From Planctomycetota bacterium (lineage in GTDB: Bacteria > Planctomycetota > GCA-002687715 > CAIWVZ01): a stretch of DNA of 64,000 bases. The notes below the pieces were generated by a model, which saw only the letters and a list, made by a program, of their open reading frames with translations, made no database searches and had not been told where the DNA came from. Numbering within the stretch: position 1 is the first letter of the stretch; each line of letters begins with the position of its first letter. A program made the translations under genes and the position numbers. Shown piece by piece: positions 28,091 through 37,797 of the stretch. The stretch spans positions 1,312,001-1,376,000 of the forward strand of contig JBGANV010000001.1 in assembly GCA_044222185.1 (NCBI GenBank), in the 5' to 3' direction.

Positions 28091-29130
28091 GACTGCGCCT
28101 CCCCTGGCACGAATGCACATGGCGCGACGACGGAAAGTCGGAGCGCCGCGCCGGGCTCCAACCGCTCGCGCACGTCGACGAGGATCGCCCGGCCGGCCAC
28201 GTCGACCGTCACGCGAAAACCCGTTCCGCGAAATGCACACCCGCGCACCACACCCTCGACGCCTCCGCCGCTCCCGTCGAGGCCGACGGCGTCAGGCCGG
28301 ACGAGCGCAAATCCTCGGCCAGCCGTCGCGGGCGTCCGGACGCGCAAACGGCCGAGGGGCGATTCACACCAACCGTCACCGGCCGCAGTCACAGGAACGA
28401 GGGTTCCCGCGCCGATGAACCGCGCGACGTCCAGCGATCGGGGCGCATCCCAGAGTTCCTCGGGCGTCCCGCTCTGAGCGACCCGGCCTTCGATCATCAC
28501 GTGGATGCGGCTTGCCAGTGAGAGGGCTTCCTGCTGGTCGTGCGTGACGAAAAGGACGGTCACGTTGAAGCGACGGTTCAGGTCCGCCAGGTAGGTCCGC
28601 ACGTCCGCAGCCGTGTTTGGATCGAGCGAACCCGTGGGCTCGTCGAGCAGGAGCAGCTCCGGCCGGCCCACGAGCGCGCGCGCGAGCGCGAGGCGCTGGC
28701 GTTCGCCGCCCGAGAGGGTCTCGGGACGCGCTCGCCTGACCCGAGCCAGCCCCACCGCTTCGAGGACCTCGTCGATTCGCGCCGCAGCCTCCGCCGATCC
28801 CACGCGCGCGCAGGCCAGCACGAACTCCAGGTGCTGCACGACGCTCATGTGCGGCCACAGCGCGAAGCCCTGGAACTGGAACCCTATCCGCCGAGATTCG
28901 GCCGCGATCAACGGCCGTCCGTCGAACAGGAGCCTGTCACCGAGCCGGATCGATCCCGCATCGGGGTCCAGGAGCCCGGCGACCGCGCGAAGCAGCGTCG
29001 ACTTTCCGGCGCCCGAGGCACCGACGAGCGCGCCGACGGCGCCGGCATCCACCTCGACGCCGACCTGCGAGAGGATCCGCTTCGCTCCGCGGGTGACGCT
29101 CAATCCCTCGACGACCAACCGCGCTACCAC
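28087..29130 (-). CDS. ABC transporter ATP-binding subunit (FbpC/PotA-like)
   Basis: GASGAGKS, FQGFALWPHMSV, LSGGERQR, LLLDEP, VTHDQQEA; C-terminal TOBE-like region. Confidence 0.92.
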   Translation of the reverse strand: MVARLVVEGLSVTRGAKRILSQVGVEVDAGAVGALVGASGAGKSTLLRAVAGLLDPDAGSIRLGDRLLFDGRPLIAAESRRIGFQFQGFALWPHMSVVQHLEFVLACARVGSAEAAARIDEVLEAVGLARVRRARPETLSGGERQRLALARALVGRPELLLLDEPTGSLDPNTAADVRTYLADLNRRFNVTVLFVTHDQQEALSLASRIHVMIEGRVAQSGTPEELWDAPRSLDVARFIGAGTLVPVTAAGDGWCESPLGRLRVRTPATAGRGFALVRPDAVGLDGSGGGVEGVVRGCAFRGTGFRVTVDVAGRAILVDVRERLEPGAALRLSVVAPCAFVPGEAQS

Positions 29131-30704
29131 GCGACCCTCCTCCGCCGGGAAAAAAGCCCGAGCAGGACCACTGGCACGATGGCCGCGGCGATGGACAGAA
29201 GACACAACGCGGCCACTTCCTCGTCACGCGAGTAGTGCACCATGTTGAAGATCCGGACCTGCACCGTCGACCAACTGGGAGGATAGGTCAGGATCGTGGC
29301 GTCGAGTTCCGTGAAGCACAGCACGTAGGACACCACGGCACCGACCGCGAGAGTCCCGAAGTGCAGGGGAACGAGGATCCGGAAGGTTCGCCTCCAGCGC
29401 GATGCTCCGGCCATGCGTGCCGCTTCCTCCTGTTCGGGCGGCGACTCGGCGAAGCCGTTGCGCATGACGCGGACGACGATCGGCAGGAACCGCGCCGTCA
29501 GCGCGAGCACGACGAGGGGGATTCCGTTCCGATAGACCCAACCGAGGACCGGTACGTCATCGGTCCGCTTCCACGCCAGCACGACCGCGACGCCGAGTAC
29601 GAGCGGAGGCAGCGCGAGCGTGGAGAAGAGCCCGTGGTCCAAGACGCGGTTCGGGCTGCGTGCGAGCCGATATGCCAGGGGCCAGGCACACACGAGCAAG
29701 GTCGCGACGCCCAGTCCGGTGAAGATGAAGCTGTGGAGGAAGTCGTCCGTCGTCCGCGCGAACACGATCCGGAACGGCGATGGCGTTTCGGGACGAAGCA
29801 TGCGATCCTCGACGATCTTGGCGACGAGCCCGACGATCGGCGGCGCCAGGGCGAGGAGGAGCGGGATGGCGGCGACGAGGATGAGCCACCAATGGCGACT
29901 CCCGCGAAGCTGACGGCCGGATGGCGTCGGTGCTGCCAGCATGTCTTCGGCCGCGCGCGAGGAGAACATCACGACGAGGGTCATGACGAGGAGCGGCAGC
30001 GCCAGGAGCGCGCCATCGATCTGGTCCCGTTGGGAGAACGTGAAGAAGATGCGCTGGATCAGCACCGGGGTGTCGAGCAGCGACGGGCACGGGTAGGCGC
30101 ACAGCGACAACGCGAAGACGACGAACGCGCCGCCGAGATACCGGGGGCGAACCATCGGCCACAAGACGCGCCGCAGCGTCACCCATCGCGACGCCACCAT
30201 GCGCGACGCCTCGATGGCCTCCGCGTCCACGCTCCGCAGGCCCGCGAGCAGCGGCAGGGCGATGAGGGGAAACAACGAGCACGCGAGGATCCACGCGGGC
30301 CCCGGATAGACGTTCAGAAACCAGGGGGCCCGCACGTCGAGGTTGTGATGGAGGTCCCGAGCAAGCCACTGCGTGAGCATCCCCTGCCGCCCGATGACCC
30401 GCATCCAGCCGATCGTGTGGACGTGCTGCGGGATCAGGAGCGGAATCACTGCGAGCGGTTCGAGGACGGCGCTCACGCCACGTCCGCTGCGTGCGAGCGC
30501 GAGCGCCGCCGGCACGGCGAGCACCGAGGCGAAGATCACGGTCGTGAGCGCGAGCACGAAGCTGTTGACGAGCAGCTCGTGCACGTGCGCGTCGAGGAGG
30601 GAGTCCAGTGCCCGGCCGCTGCGGATCGCGTCGAAGACCAGGATGCCCAGCGGCCATCCGAAGAGGACGCCGAGCAGGACGAAGTCTCGCACGCGGCGCA
30701 GCAT
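29124..30704 (-). CDS. ABC transporter permease with two BPD domains (FbpB-like)
   Basis: About 12 TM; two EAA loops (EASRMVA, EEAARMAGAS). Confidence 0.9.
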   Translation of the reverse strand: MLRRVRDFVLLGVLFGWPLGILVFDAIRSGRALDSLLDAHVHELLVNSFVLALTTVIFASVLAVPAALALARSGRGVSAVLEPLAVIPLLIPQHVHTIGWMRVIGRQGMLTQWLARDLHHNLDVRAPWFLNVYPGPAWILACSLFPLIALPLLAGLRSVDAEAIEASRMVASRWVTLRRVLWPMVRPRYLGGAFVVFALSLCAYPCPSLLDTPVLIQRIFFTFSQRDQIDGALLALPLLVMTLVVMFSSRAAEDMLAAPTPSGRQLRGSRHWWLILVAAIPLLLALAPPIVGLVAKIVEDRMLRPETPSPFRIVFARTTDDFLHSFIFTGLGVATLLVCAWPLAYRLARSPNRVLDHGLFSTLALPPLVLGVAVVLAWKRTDDVPVLGWVYRNGIPLVVLALTARFLPIVVRVMRNGFAESPPEQEEAARMAGASRWRRTFRILVPLHFGTLAVGAVVSYVLCFTELDATILTYPPSWSTVQVRIFNMVHYSRDEEVAALCLLSIAAAIVPVVLLGLFSRRRRVAW

Positions 30705-30706
30705 GG

Positions 30707-31867
30707 TCAGGCGGCCGCAGCCCTGCGCTTGATTCGCCCGACCACGGTGAGTGCGAACGCCGCCGCGAGAATCCCGAGCAGGACGTAGGTCGACGTCCGA
30801 TCCTCGGTGCCCGATTTCTGTTCCTGGATCGAGCGAGCCGCCGACTCGAATCGCGACAGGAGCCGAGGCCCGTTGTTGTCGATCATCCGCGCGACGACGG
30901 TCCAGTCGACCTTCATCGTCTTCAGCTCATCCGCGCCCTTGATCTCCGCCGGCTTGGGAACGCCGGGGTGAAGCGGGATCTGGGCCGATGGGCCACGCGC
31001 CAGCTCCTCCTCGACTGCCGGCGACAACAGGTAATCGATGAACGCGCGGGCCTCGGCCGGGTGCGGTGCGCCCTTCAGCATCATCACCGTGTTGGGAATG
31101 AGCAGGACTCCCACGTCGTCCGGCCCCTGATCCGGGTAGAGGAACTTCGTCGGACGATTGCGCAGCGTCGACGCGCGCGCGTCGTCCGTATCCGTCATGC
31201 CGAACGCGCGACCGCCCTCGGAGACGGTCTGCATGGACTGGGCATTGCCCTTCTCGAACTGCACGTCGTTCTTGATGAGTGCTTCGAGCCAGGCGTCGGT
31301 GCGGTCCATTCCGTCGTTGGCGTACAAGGTACAAACGTGCGTCAGCGTCGTGCCCGTGAGCGGCTTCGCCATGACGCCCTTTCCCTTGAAGCGGGGATCG
31401 GCGAGGTCGCGAACCCGCGTGGGGACGTCAGCCTCCCTCACGAGCGTCGTGTTGTAGATGATGACCCGAGCTCGCGCGGCGAACCCCGTCCAATACCCGT
31501 CGGCGTCCTTGAACGCGGCCGGGATGGTCGCCGCCTGCGGCGACACGTACGGCGCAAGCAGGCCCTTGTCCTTCAACCGCACCGTCTGGCCGCATTCGTT
31601 GTTCCAGAACACGTCGGCCTTCGCGTGATCGCCCTCGGCGATGATCCGGTTGACGAGTCCGACGGTCTTGTTGTCCTCTGTGTCGTGAACCTCGGCGACG
31701 GTGATCCCCGTCTTCTTCTCGAACGCCTTGAGGATGCCCTCGGCGTACTCGAAGTCGGTGCTGACGTAGACGGTCACGACTCGCTGCGCATGGACCGCAA
31801 GGGCCAGAACGATGACCATCGATGCGATTCGAAGTGCCGCGATGCTGTGCGTGTTGACGGAGTCCAT
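30707..31867 (-). CDS. Extracellular solute-binding protein (FbpA/AfuA-like) with C-terminal TM anchor
   Basis: VTVYVS, ADVFWNNE, WTGFAARARVIIYN, ARAFIDYLLS; C-terminal hydrophobic helix plus RIKRR. Confidence 0.88.
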   Translation of the reverse strand: MDSVNTHSIAALRIASMVIVLALAVHAQRVVTVYVSTDFEYAEGILKAFEKKTGITVAEVHDTEDNKTVGLVNRIIAEGDHAKADVFWNNECGQTVRLKDKGLLAPYVSPQAATIPAAFKDADGYWTGFAARARVIIYNTTLVREADVPTRVRDLADPRFKGKGVMAKPLTGTTLTHVCTLYANDGMDRTDAWLEALIKNDVQFEKGNAQSMQTVSEGGRAFGMTDTDDARASTLRNRPTKFLYPDQGPDDVGVLLIPNTVMMLKGAPHPAEARAFIDYLLSPAVEEELARGPSAQIPLHPGVPKPAEIKGADELKTMKVDWTVVARMIDNNGPRLLSRFESAARSIQEQKSGTEDRTSTYVLLGILAAAFALTVVGRIKRRAAAA

Positions 31868-32046
31868 GGCTCGATCCAGGGTCGAGGGCGTGGCTTCGGG
31901 AAAGCAAACTCCACGCCACAGGGGCGCGACACGCCATCGCGCGGCGCATGCCAGACGGCTCCGAGGCAACACCGTCACCGCGCGGTGACATGTCGGGCGC
32001 GATCGTAACCGCTGCGTCACGCCCCGCGAGGGAGCGGGGCCGACTC

Positions 32047-33354
32047 CTACTTGTGTTCGATCTTCGGCCAGTAGGTCTTGAACTCGAAGTGCGGCGAGTT
32101 GTCCGGGTCATGGCACCGGACGCAGGTGTTCGCATCGACCTTCCCTGGCGCGGTGGGCGCCAGCGTCTGTGCATGCAGCGAGCCCGGTCCGTGGCAGGTC
32201 TCGCAATTGACGTTCATCATCGTCGGTGTGGTCACCGGGTCCACGTAACCCGATTCGGTCGCCCATCCCGTCACGTGGCACTTGACGCACTCCGGGTCGT
32301 GGTGGTCGTTGGTCGCTTCCAGCGACTTCATCGCCCGCTGATGAGGTGTCGTCGCGAGGGTCTTGATCGCCCCCTCATGGCACTCGGCGCACTTCTTGTC
32401 GCCCACGTACTTGAGGGCAGAGTTCACGCGCCCGACGTTCTTCGCGAGCCCCTCTTCGCGCACGGTCGTCCGGTATCCCTCGAGCAGCGCGCTCACCGAA
32501 GGCAGTCCGGGACGGGACTCCTCGAGCAGCAGCGATTCGAAGAAGCGCTCCGCCGTGGGTCGCACGAGGGCGAGGCTGCGGCCCTTCATGCCGCAACACA
32601 CGACGCGCATCCCGAGGACCGGCTCGAGTTGGACGGGAGCGTCGGCGACTCCTGGAACCGCGAACGTGACTGATTTCCGCCGCGCTTCCGGCACGACCTT
32701 GCCGAGAGCCGCGAGGTCCGCGACGGGTCCGTTGTAGGCGACGATCGACCAGGCCGCGTCCTTGACGACGCCCAGTTCCCGCACCAGCGCCTCGGTCGCC
32801 GGAGTCGTCTTGACCCCGAGTTCCGGGGGAACGTCGCCCACGAGCCCGATCAGCGCGCCGTCACCCAGCCGCACCGACCCGACGAGCGGCGCGCCGTCCC
32901 ACGTCGCGTTCGCGAGCACGAACGGAAACGGGACCATCGCCTTGGAATCCGTGATGAACTTCGTGCCGAGCCGGAGCTCGCCGACACCTGGGACGAATGC
33001 CGCGTACTGCATCTCCGCGAGGCTGAGCAGGAACGTCTCGAACTTGATCTCCTGCTGCCGGCCACTCTCCGAGATGAACTCGCCGAGGCTCACGGCGTCG
33101 AGCTTCGGGTCCGCCTTGCGCAGCTCCTCGATCGCATGGGCGCGGCGGTGCACGCCTCCGAGCGCCGGCTTGCTGCACCCGCATGGGCGGATGAACCCGT
33201 GCTCGTTGCCCGTCAGCACGACCAGCGGCCCGCGGCTCGCCGGGCGCGACGCGGCGGCCGCGTCCTGGACCCCGTCGCGCGGGAGCGAGAACACCGCGAG
33301 GGCGCCGACGGCAATGAGTGCCGCGGTCGCCCCCCTGTTGATCGAGCGGATCAT
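32047..33354 (-). CDS. Tetraheme c554-like cytochrome fused to an N-terminal UshA/5'-nucleotidase-like domain with a CGC motif
   Basis: GNEHGFIRPCGCSKPALGGVHRR; CAECH, CVKCH, CETCH, CVRCH. Confidence 0.85.
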   Translation of the reverse strand: MIRSINRGATAALIAVGALAVFSLPRDGVQDAAAASRPASRGPLVVLTGNEHGFIRPCGCSKPALGGVHRRAHAIEELRKADPKLDAVSLGEFISESGRQQEIKFETFLLSLAEMQYAAFVPGVGELRLGTKFITDSKAMVPFPFVLANATWDGAPLVGSVRLGDGALIGLVGDVPPELGVKTTPATEALVRELGVVKDAAWSIVAYNGPVADLAALGKVVPEARRKSVTFAVPGVADAPVQLEPVLGMRVVCCGMKGRSLALVRPTAERFFESLLLEESRPGLPSVSALLEGYRTTVREEGLAKNVGRVNSALKYVGDKKCAECHEGAIKTLATTPHQRAMKSLEATNDHHDPECVKCHVTGWATESGYVDPVTTPTMMNVNCETCHGPGSLHAQTLAPTAPGKVDANTCVRCHDPDNSPHFEFKTYWPKIEHK

Positions 33355-33373
33355 GAGTCGAAGAGTCTCCGCC

Positions 33374-34438
33374 TCACTGCACGAGAGCGTAGAAGTAGAC
33401 CTGGATCAGGTTCTCGCCGGCGCAGTTCGTCTTGATGGTGACCGTTCCGCGCGAGTACCCCTCCTTCGCATCGGCGGCGAGGGCGAGGACCAGCTTGAAT
33501 GCCTGCCCGGGCTTCACTTCCTCGAGCTTCGCCGTGAAGGCGCCCTCGGGCTTCACTTCGACGCCCTCGATCTTCAGATCGGGTGCACCCGACTTCTCGA
33601 TCTCGACGATCTTGGTCGTGCCATCGCCCTTCTTCACCTTGCCGAAGTTGAAGGTGCGCGGCTTCACGTTGATCTCACCCTCGACCATGGCGATCACCGG
33701 CACGGTGAGCGCGCGTTGGGCAGGAACGTCCGTCGTGAGCGTGACCATGGAGCGGAGCTGGCCGACGGGCAGCGAGCCGTCGACGGTGACCGTGATCTTG
33801 TAGCCTTTCATCCGCGACGACGCCGGGAGCGGCTCGAACGCAGCCTTGACCTGCGGGTTGTCGGAGCGCGCGTCCGTGATCGTCCCCGAACCGCCCGTCA
33901 TGATCTCGAATGATTTGGGCTCCATCGGCTGGCCCTTCTTGATCATTCCGTAGTTCAGCTCGGTGATCGTGACGTGGAACGGCTGGAGAACCTTGCCCGA
34001 GATCGTCAGCGACAGCGTGGGCGTCGTGGGATCGTTGCACATGACCGTGATGGTCTTGGTGATCGGCCCCTGGAACGTCTTCGTTTCGAAGACGGCTTTG
34101 ATGTTCGTGGCCTCGTTCGGCTGCAGGAACCGCTTCTCGGGCATGGCGGCCGTGCACGAGCACGTCGGCTGCACGTTCGTGATCTCGAGCTGTGCGTCGC
34201 CCTTGTTCACGATCTCGAAGCTGTGTTCGACCTTGTCGTTCTGGGGAGCCTCGCCGAAATCGAAGACGGGCTGAGGGCAGAAGATCTTCGCCGCCGGGCC
34301 GAGCGGCTTGACGGGCTGGATGACGGGAGTCGGAGCCGGAGCCGGGGGCGGCTTGCCCGTGAGCCCGTGGTCCTGCGCCGCCAGCCCGAGGGTGAGCGCA
34401 CCGAAGAGCACCGTTCCGAGGATGAAAGTCTTGGTCAT
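33374..34438 (-). CDS. DUF1573 Ig-like domain secreted protein
   Basis: FDFGE...HSFEIVNKG...LEITNVQPTCSCT; three Ig-like repeats; signal peptide. Confidence 0.85.
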   Translation of the reverse strand: MTKTFILGTVLFGALTLGLAAQDHGLTGKPPPAPAPTPVIQPVKPLGPAAKIFCPQPVFDFGEAPQNDKVEHSFEIVNKGDAQLEITNVQPTCSCTAAMPEKRFLQPNEATNIKAVFETKTFQGPITKTITVMCNDPTTPTLSLTISGKVLQPFHVTITELNYGMIKKGQPMEPKSFEIMTGGSGTITDARSDNPQVKAAFEPLPASSRMKGYKITVTVDGSLPVGQLRSMVTLTTDVPAQRALTVPVIAMVEGEINVKPRTFNFGKVKKGDGTTKIVEIEKSGAPDLKIEGVEVKPEGAFTAKLEEVKPGQAFKLVLALAADAKEGYSRGTVTIKTNCAGENLIQVYFYALVQ

Positions 34439-34558
34439 GGTCGCCTCAATGCGGGCGCGTGGCCCTGCACAGTTCCACAAGGATCGCGCGATCGCTTCCC
34501 GTTCACAATCGGGCCGCCGGCTTGAAACCCGCCGCGAAAGCCGGTTCCATCCCACGTC

Positions 34559-35020
34559 ATGCCCCGATCGGCATCGTATGCGCTCGTCGCCGTGTGGTTG
34601 TGGACCGCGTGCGGTCAATCCGCACTCGATCCGTCCCAGACGTATCGCACGTACCTCTCGAGTCTCGCAAAGCCTGACATGAGTGCCGCCTGGGCCCTCC
34701 TCTCCGCACCCTCGCGCCAGGCGTTCGAGGAGGCGGCGAAGAAGAGCCAGGCCGGCGAGAAGGACCCGCTCCTTCGGGCAGCGGCAGCGCCCCCGGGGAC
34801 CCGTTTCGAATCCGGGCTCGCCCTTTTCGGGGCCTGCATGTCGACCGGCTATCCGAGCCACGTTCCGTACCTGACGCCATCGACCGTCGATCGCGTCAAG
34901 GTAGAGGTCGACCGGACGGACGAATCCAATACCAGCCTGAAGGTGCTGACGCCCGTCGGAACGGAATCCGTCCGCCTCGTACGTGAATCGGCTGGGTGGC
35001 GGATCGCGCTCGACCTGTGA
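34559..35020 (+). CDS. Hypothetical lipoprotein
   Basis: Lipobox-like WTAC; AAWALLS...LVRESAGWRI resembles NTF2-like lipoproteins. Confidence 0.65.
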   Translation: MPRSASYALVAVWLWTACGQSALDPSQTYRTYLSSLAKPDMSAAWALLSAPSRQAFEEAAKKSQAGEKDPLLRAAAAPPGTRFESGLALFGACMSTGYPSHVPYLTPSTVDRVKVEVDRTDESNTSLKVLTPVGTESVRLVRESAGWRIALDL

Positions 35021-35030
35021 GCGCTCGCGC

Positions 35031-37199
35031 TCACCGTGGGGTTTCGGCCGGCGGGGTGCTCGCCTGCTGGAGGAGGCGCGAGGCTTCGGCGAGGACCGAC
35101 TGAAGGGCCGGCGCCCGCGCGCCGCGTACGAGGACGTACTGAAGCAGTCGCCGTGACACGCCGATGAAGGATGGCTCGCCGGACTGCAGCGCGGCACGCG
35201 CGGCGTAGAACGCGCGGACCGGATCCGCCTCGTTCGACTTCACGAGGGCATCGAGCGCCTCCAGCTCCAGGCGCGATGCCTCCGTGTTCTTGTTCTCGAG
35301 GCGCAGTTCGTTCGCCCACGCGATCTTCAGGCTCGGATCGTCGGGGAACTTCGTCCGCCCCTCCTTCAGGATCGCCTTTCGCTCGTCCGGCTTCTTCCCG
35401 AACTCGGCGAGTTGCGCCCGGACGCCGTATTGCTGCGGAGCATCCGGATCGAGTGACGCCGCTTCGCGACTCCACTCCGTCGCTTCGCCGATCAGCGTCG
35501 ACCGCTCGGGCTCGACCGCCTTCGTCGCTCGCATCATGAGGAGCTTCGCGACCTCTCGTCGGGCAGTGCCGTGGTGCTTCCGCCAGTCGTCCTTCAGATC
35601 CAGCGCACGACTTGCAGCCTCTCCGAGGGATGCCACGCGGATGGCATCCTCGAAGCTCGCCTTCGCGCCAGCAAAGTCGTTCGATTGGAGCAGAAGGACG
35701 TTGGCACGGTTCATGGCCGCCTGGAATTTCAGGTCGATCACGTCACCCGGCGGGTGACTCGTTCCCGGGATCGTCGGCATGGGGCTATCGACGACGGTCC
35801 GGTACAGATCGCGCGCGCGGTCCGGTTGGGAGGCGAGGACGATGTTCGCGAGCTGGTATGCGGCGAATGCCTGTCCGGGATGCGACGCGACGGTTGCCTC
35901 GTACAGGGCGGCCTCGCTCTTCCAGTTCGGGAACTGCCGCGCGCAGAGGACCGGCATGACGCCGAGAAACCAGACCGCGGCGACCGCCGCGACGGCCTGC
36001 CGCCAGCGCGCCGGGCCCGCGAGCATGGGCCCCAGGCCCGCGACCGCGGCGAGCGCGAGCCCGGAAATCGGGACGTAGAGGAAGCGCGATGCCGCGATGG
36101 CACCGGTCGAGAACATCAGGTTCGAGGTGACGATCCACGAGCCGAGGAACCACGCGAGGCCGAATGCGACCGCACGAGCGCCGCGGCTCCACGCGAGCAA
36201 CGTTGCGGCCACGAGCGCGACGAGGATCATGGCACCCGCACCTGCACGCGGGTCGCCGAAACCGGCCGCGGGAAGGACGTCCTGATGCGTCACGACCGGC
36301 AGCTGCGAGAACGGCGCGACGATGAGGGCGAGCGTGTGGGTCGCGAGCGTTGCGCACGCGGACGCCATGCGGGCGGCGGTGCTGAATCCGTTGTACACGG
36401 GATCGCCGGCCTCGAAGAGTGCGTGAAGCGCGAGATATCGGGCGGCGAGCGCAACGCCCAGTCCAGCAACGGACCACCCGAGGGCGCGCACGACCGAGGC
36501 GGCCCGGCGTCCGGGCTCCGCCCGAACGAACGCATCGACGATCGCCAAAGGCACGACGGCAGCGGCGCTTTCCTTCGACAACACGCCGAGTGCGGCGAGC
36601 GCGCCCGCAAGGAGTCCTGTGCCGACGCGCACCCGTCCTCCGTTGGCGACGACGATGGCACCCGTCATGAACGTCGCGGCGAGCAGGTCGGCAGCACCCA
36701 CCTGGCAGCCGACGACTTCGACGACCACGGGGTGGAACATCGCCGCCGCGGCCGCGACCAGCGCCGCGACGTCACCGAACCGCATGCCCGCAAGCACGCG
36801 GCGGAACACGGTGAAGCGCAGCCAGGCGACGACACCGTGGAGAACCAGGTTCAGGAGATTGATGCCACCGGGGAGGCCGCCCCAGATCTTGTACAGCGCG
36901 GCGAGCCACAGCTTGGCGACGGGGCGATACAGTCCCCCATTGATCGCTCCGGGTGTTCCGTCCCACCAGTCGGTCGTGGCCAGGCGCGCCCACTGTCCCC
37001 CGTTCACCGCCTCATTGCGCACCACGACGCCCACGGCGTCGAGGACGTACCCGTGAGACGCCACGCTGCCGAACAGGATCACGGCGAGCACGAAGAGGAT
37101 CGACGGCGCCCACCAGGGGTACTGCGCTCCGTTTCGTGGCGGAGTCCCTCGGCCGCTCTCGTTTCGTTCGGGAGACGCTGGCTGCCGGGCGAGGGTCAC
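35031..37199 (-). CDS. TMTC-like membrane glycosyltransferase with C-terminal TPR-like region
   Basis: LYRPV, NLVLH, FHPVVVEVV, LSKESA, RFLYVP, W.SE..L followed by TPR-like helices. Confidence 0.8.
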   Translation of the reverse strand: MTLARQPASPERNESGRGTPPRNGAQYPWWAPSILFVLAVILFGSVASHGYVLDAVGVVVRNEAVNGGQWARLATTDWWDGTPGAINGGLYRPVAKLWLAALYKIWGGLPGGINLLNLVLHGVVAWLRFTVFRRVLAGMRFGDVAALVAAAAAMFHPVVVEVVGCQVGAADLLAATFMTGAIVVANGGRVRVGTGLLAGALAALGVLSKESAAAVVPLAIVDAFVRAEPGRRAASVVRALGWSVAGLGVALAARYLALHALFEAGDPVYNGFSTAARMASACATLATHTLALIVAPFSQLPVVTHQDVLPAAGFGDPRAGAGAMILVALVAATLLAWSRGARAVAFGLAWFLGSWIVTSNLMFSTGAIAASRFLYVPISGLALAAVAGLGPMLAGPARWRQAVAAVAAVWFLGVMPVLCARQFPNWKSEAALYEATVASHPGQAFAAYQLANIVLASQPDRARDLYRTVVDSPMPTIPGTSHPPGDVIDLKFQAAMNRANVLLLQSNDFAGAKASFEDAIRVASLGEAASRALDLKDDWRKHHGTARREVAKLLMMRATKAVEPERSTLIGEATEWSREAASLDPDAPQQYGVRAQLAEFGKKPDERKAILKEGRTKFPDDPSLKIAWANELRLENKNTEASRLELEALDALVKSNEADPVRAFYAARAALQSGEPSFIGVSRRLLQYVLVRGARAPALQSVLAEASRLLQQASTPPAETPR

Positions 37200-37211
37200 G
37201 CGGGCCAGGCT

Positions 37212-37601
37212 CTATCCGGAGACTGAAATCGACGCGGTCGCGACGCTCCCGGATGCCACCGCGGTCACGGTGATCGCCGAACCGCTGCCTGCATCGGGGA
37301 TCTCGAAGCACACGATGTAGTGGCCGGCCCCGATGGGCCTCACCGACGACACCAGCTCGACCCCGTTCATCTCGATCGACACCGACGGCACGACGGGCTG
37401 CCCGGTGACGTAGACGTCGACGCAGAGCTTGGAACCCGCGTCGGCCTCGGCGGGCGCTCCGATGGAAATCCCTTGGGACTCGACCCCGCCGAGTGCGGGG
37501 GAATCCCCCTGCGTGCCAGGAGCCTCGCGGCTCATGGCGCCGAGCGGGGGAATGATGGCGGCGGCCAGCAAGGCCGCACCGATCAGGGATCTGAACCGCA
37601 T
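37212..37601 (-). CDS. Small secreted hypothetical protein (Ig-like beta domain)
   Basis: Signal peptide MRFRSLIGAALLAAA; beta-rich with two Cys. Confidence 0.55.
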   Translation of the reverse strand: MRFRSLIGAALLAAAIIPPLGAMSREAPGTQGDSPALGGVESQGISIGAPAEADAGSKLCVDVYVTGQPVVPSVSIEMNGVELVSSVRPIGAGHYIVCFEIPDAGSGSAITVTAVASGSVATASISVSG

Positions 37602-37797
37602 GGTGGGAGGCAGGGACTTTGGCAGCGCCGTCCTCTTCGGAACTTGGAGCTGCGGAACGGGTGACGGGCGACATGTTAGGTGGGACCGCCCTCGGATGTC
37701 AAAGGTCTTTTCGGCCCGCGGGGGGCGGGCCGAGCAGTGCCCGACCCGCTCCACGGCCCTGCGACTCAAGGACTTCCGCTGACCGGCCCCTGGGCCG

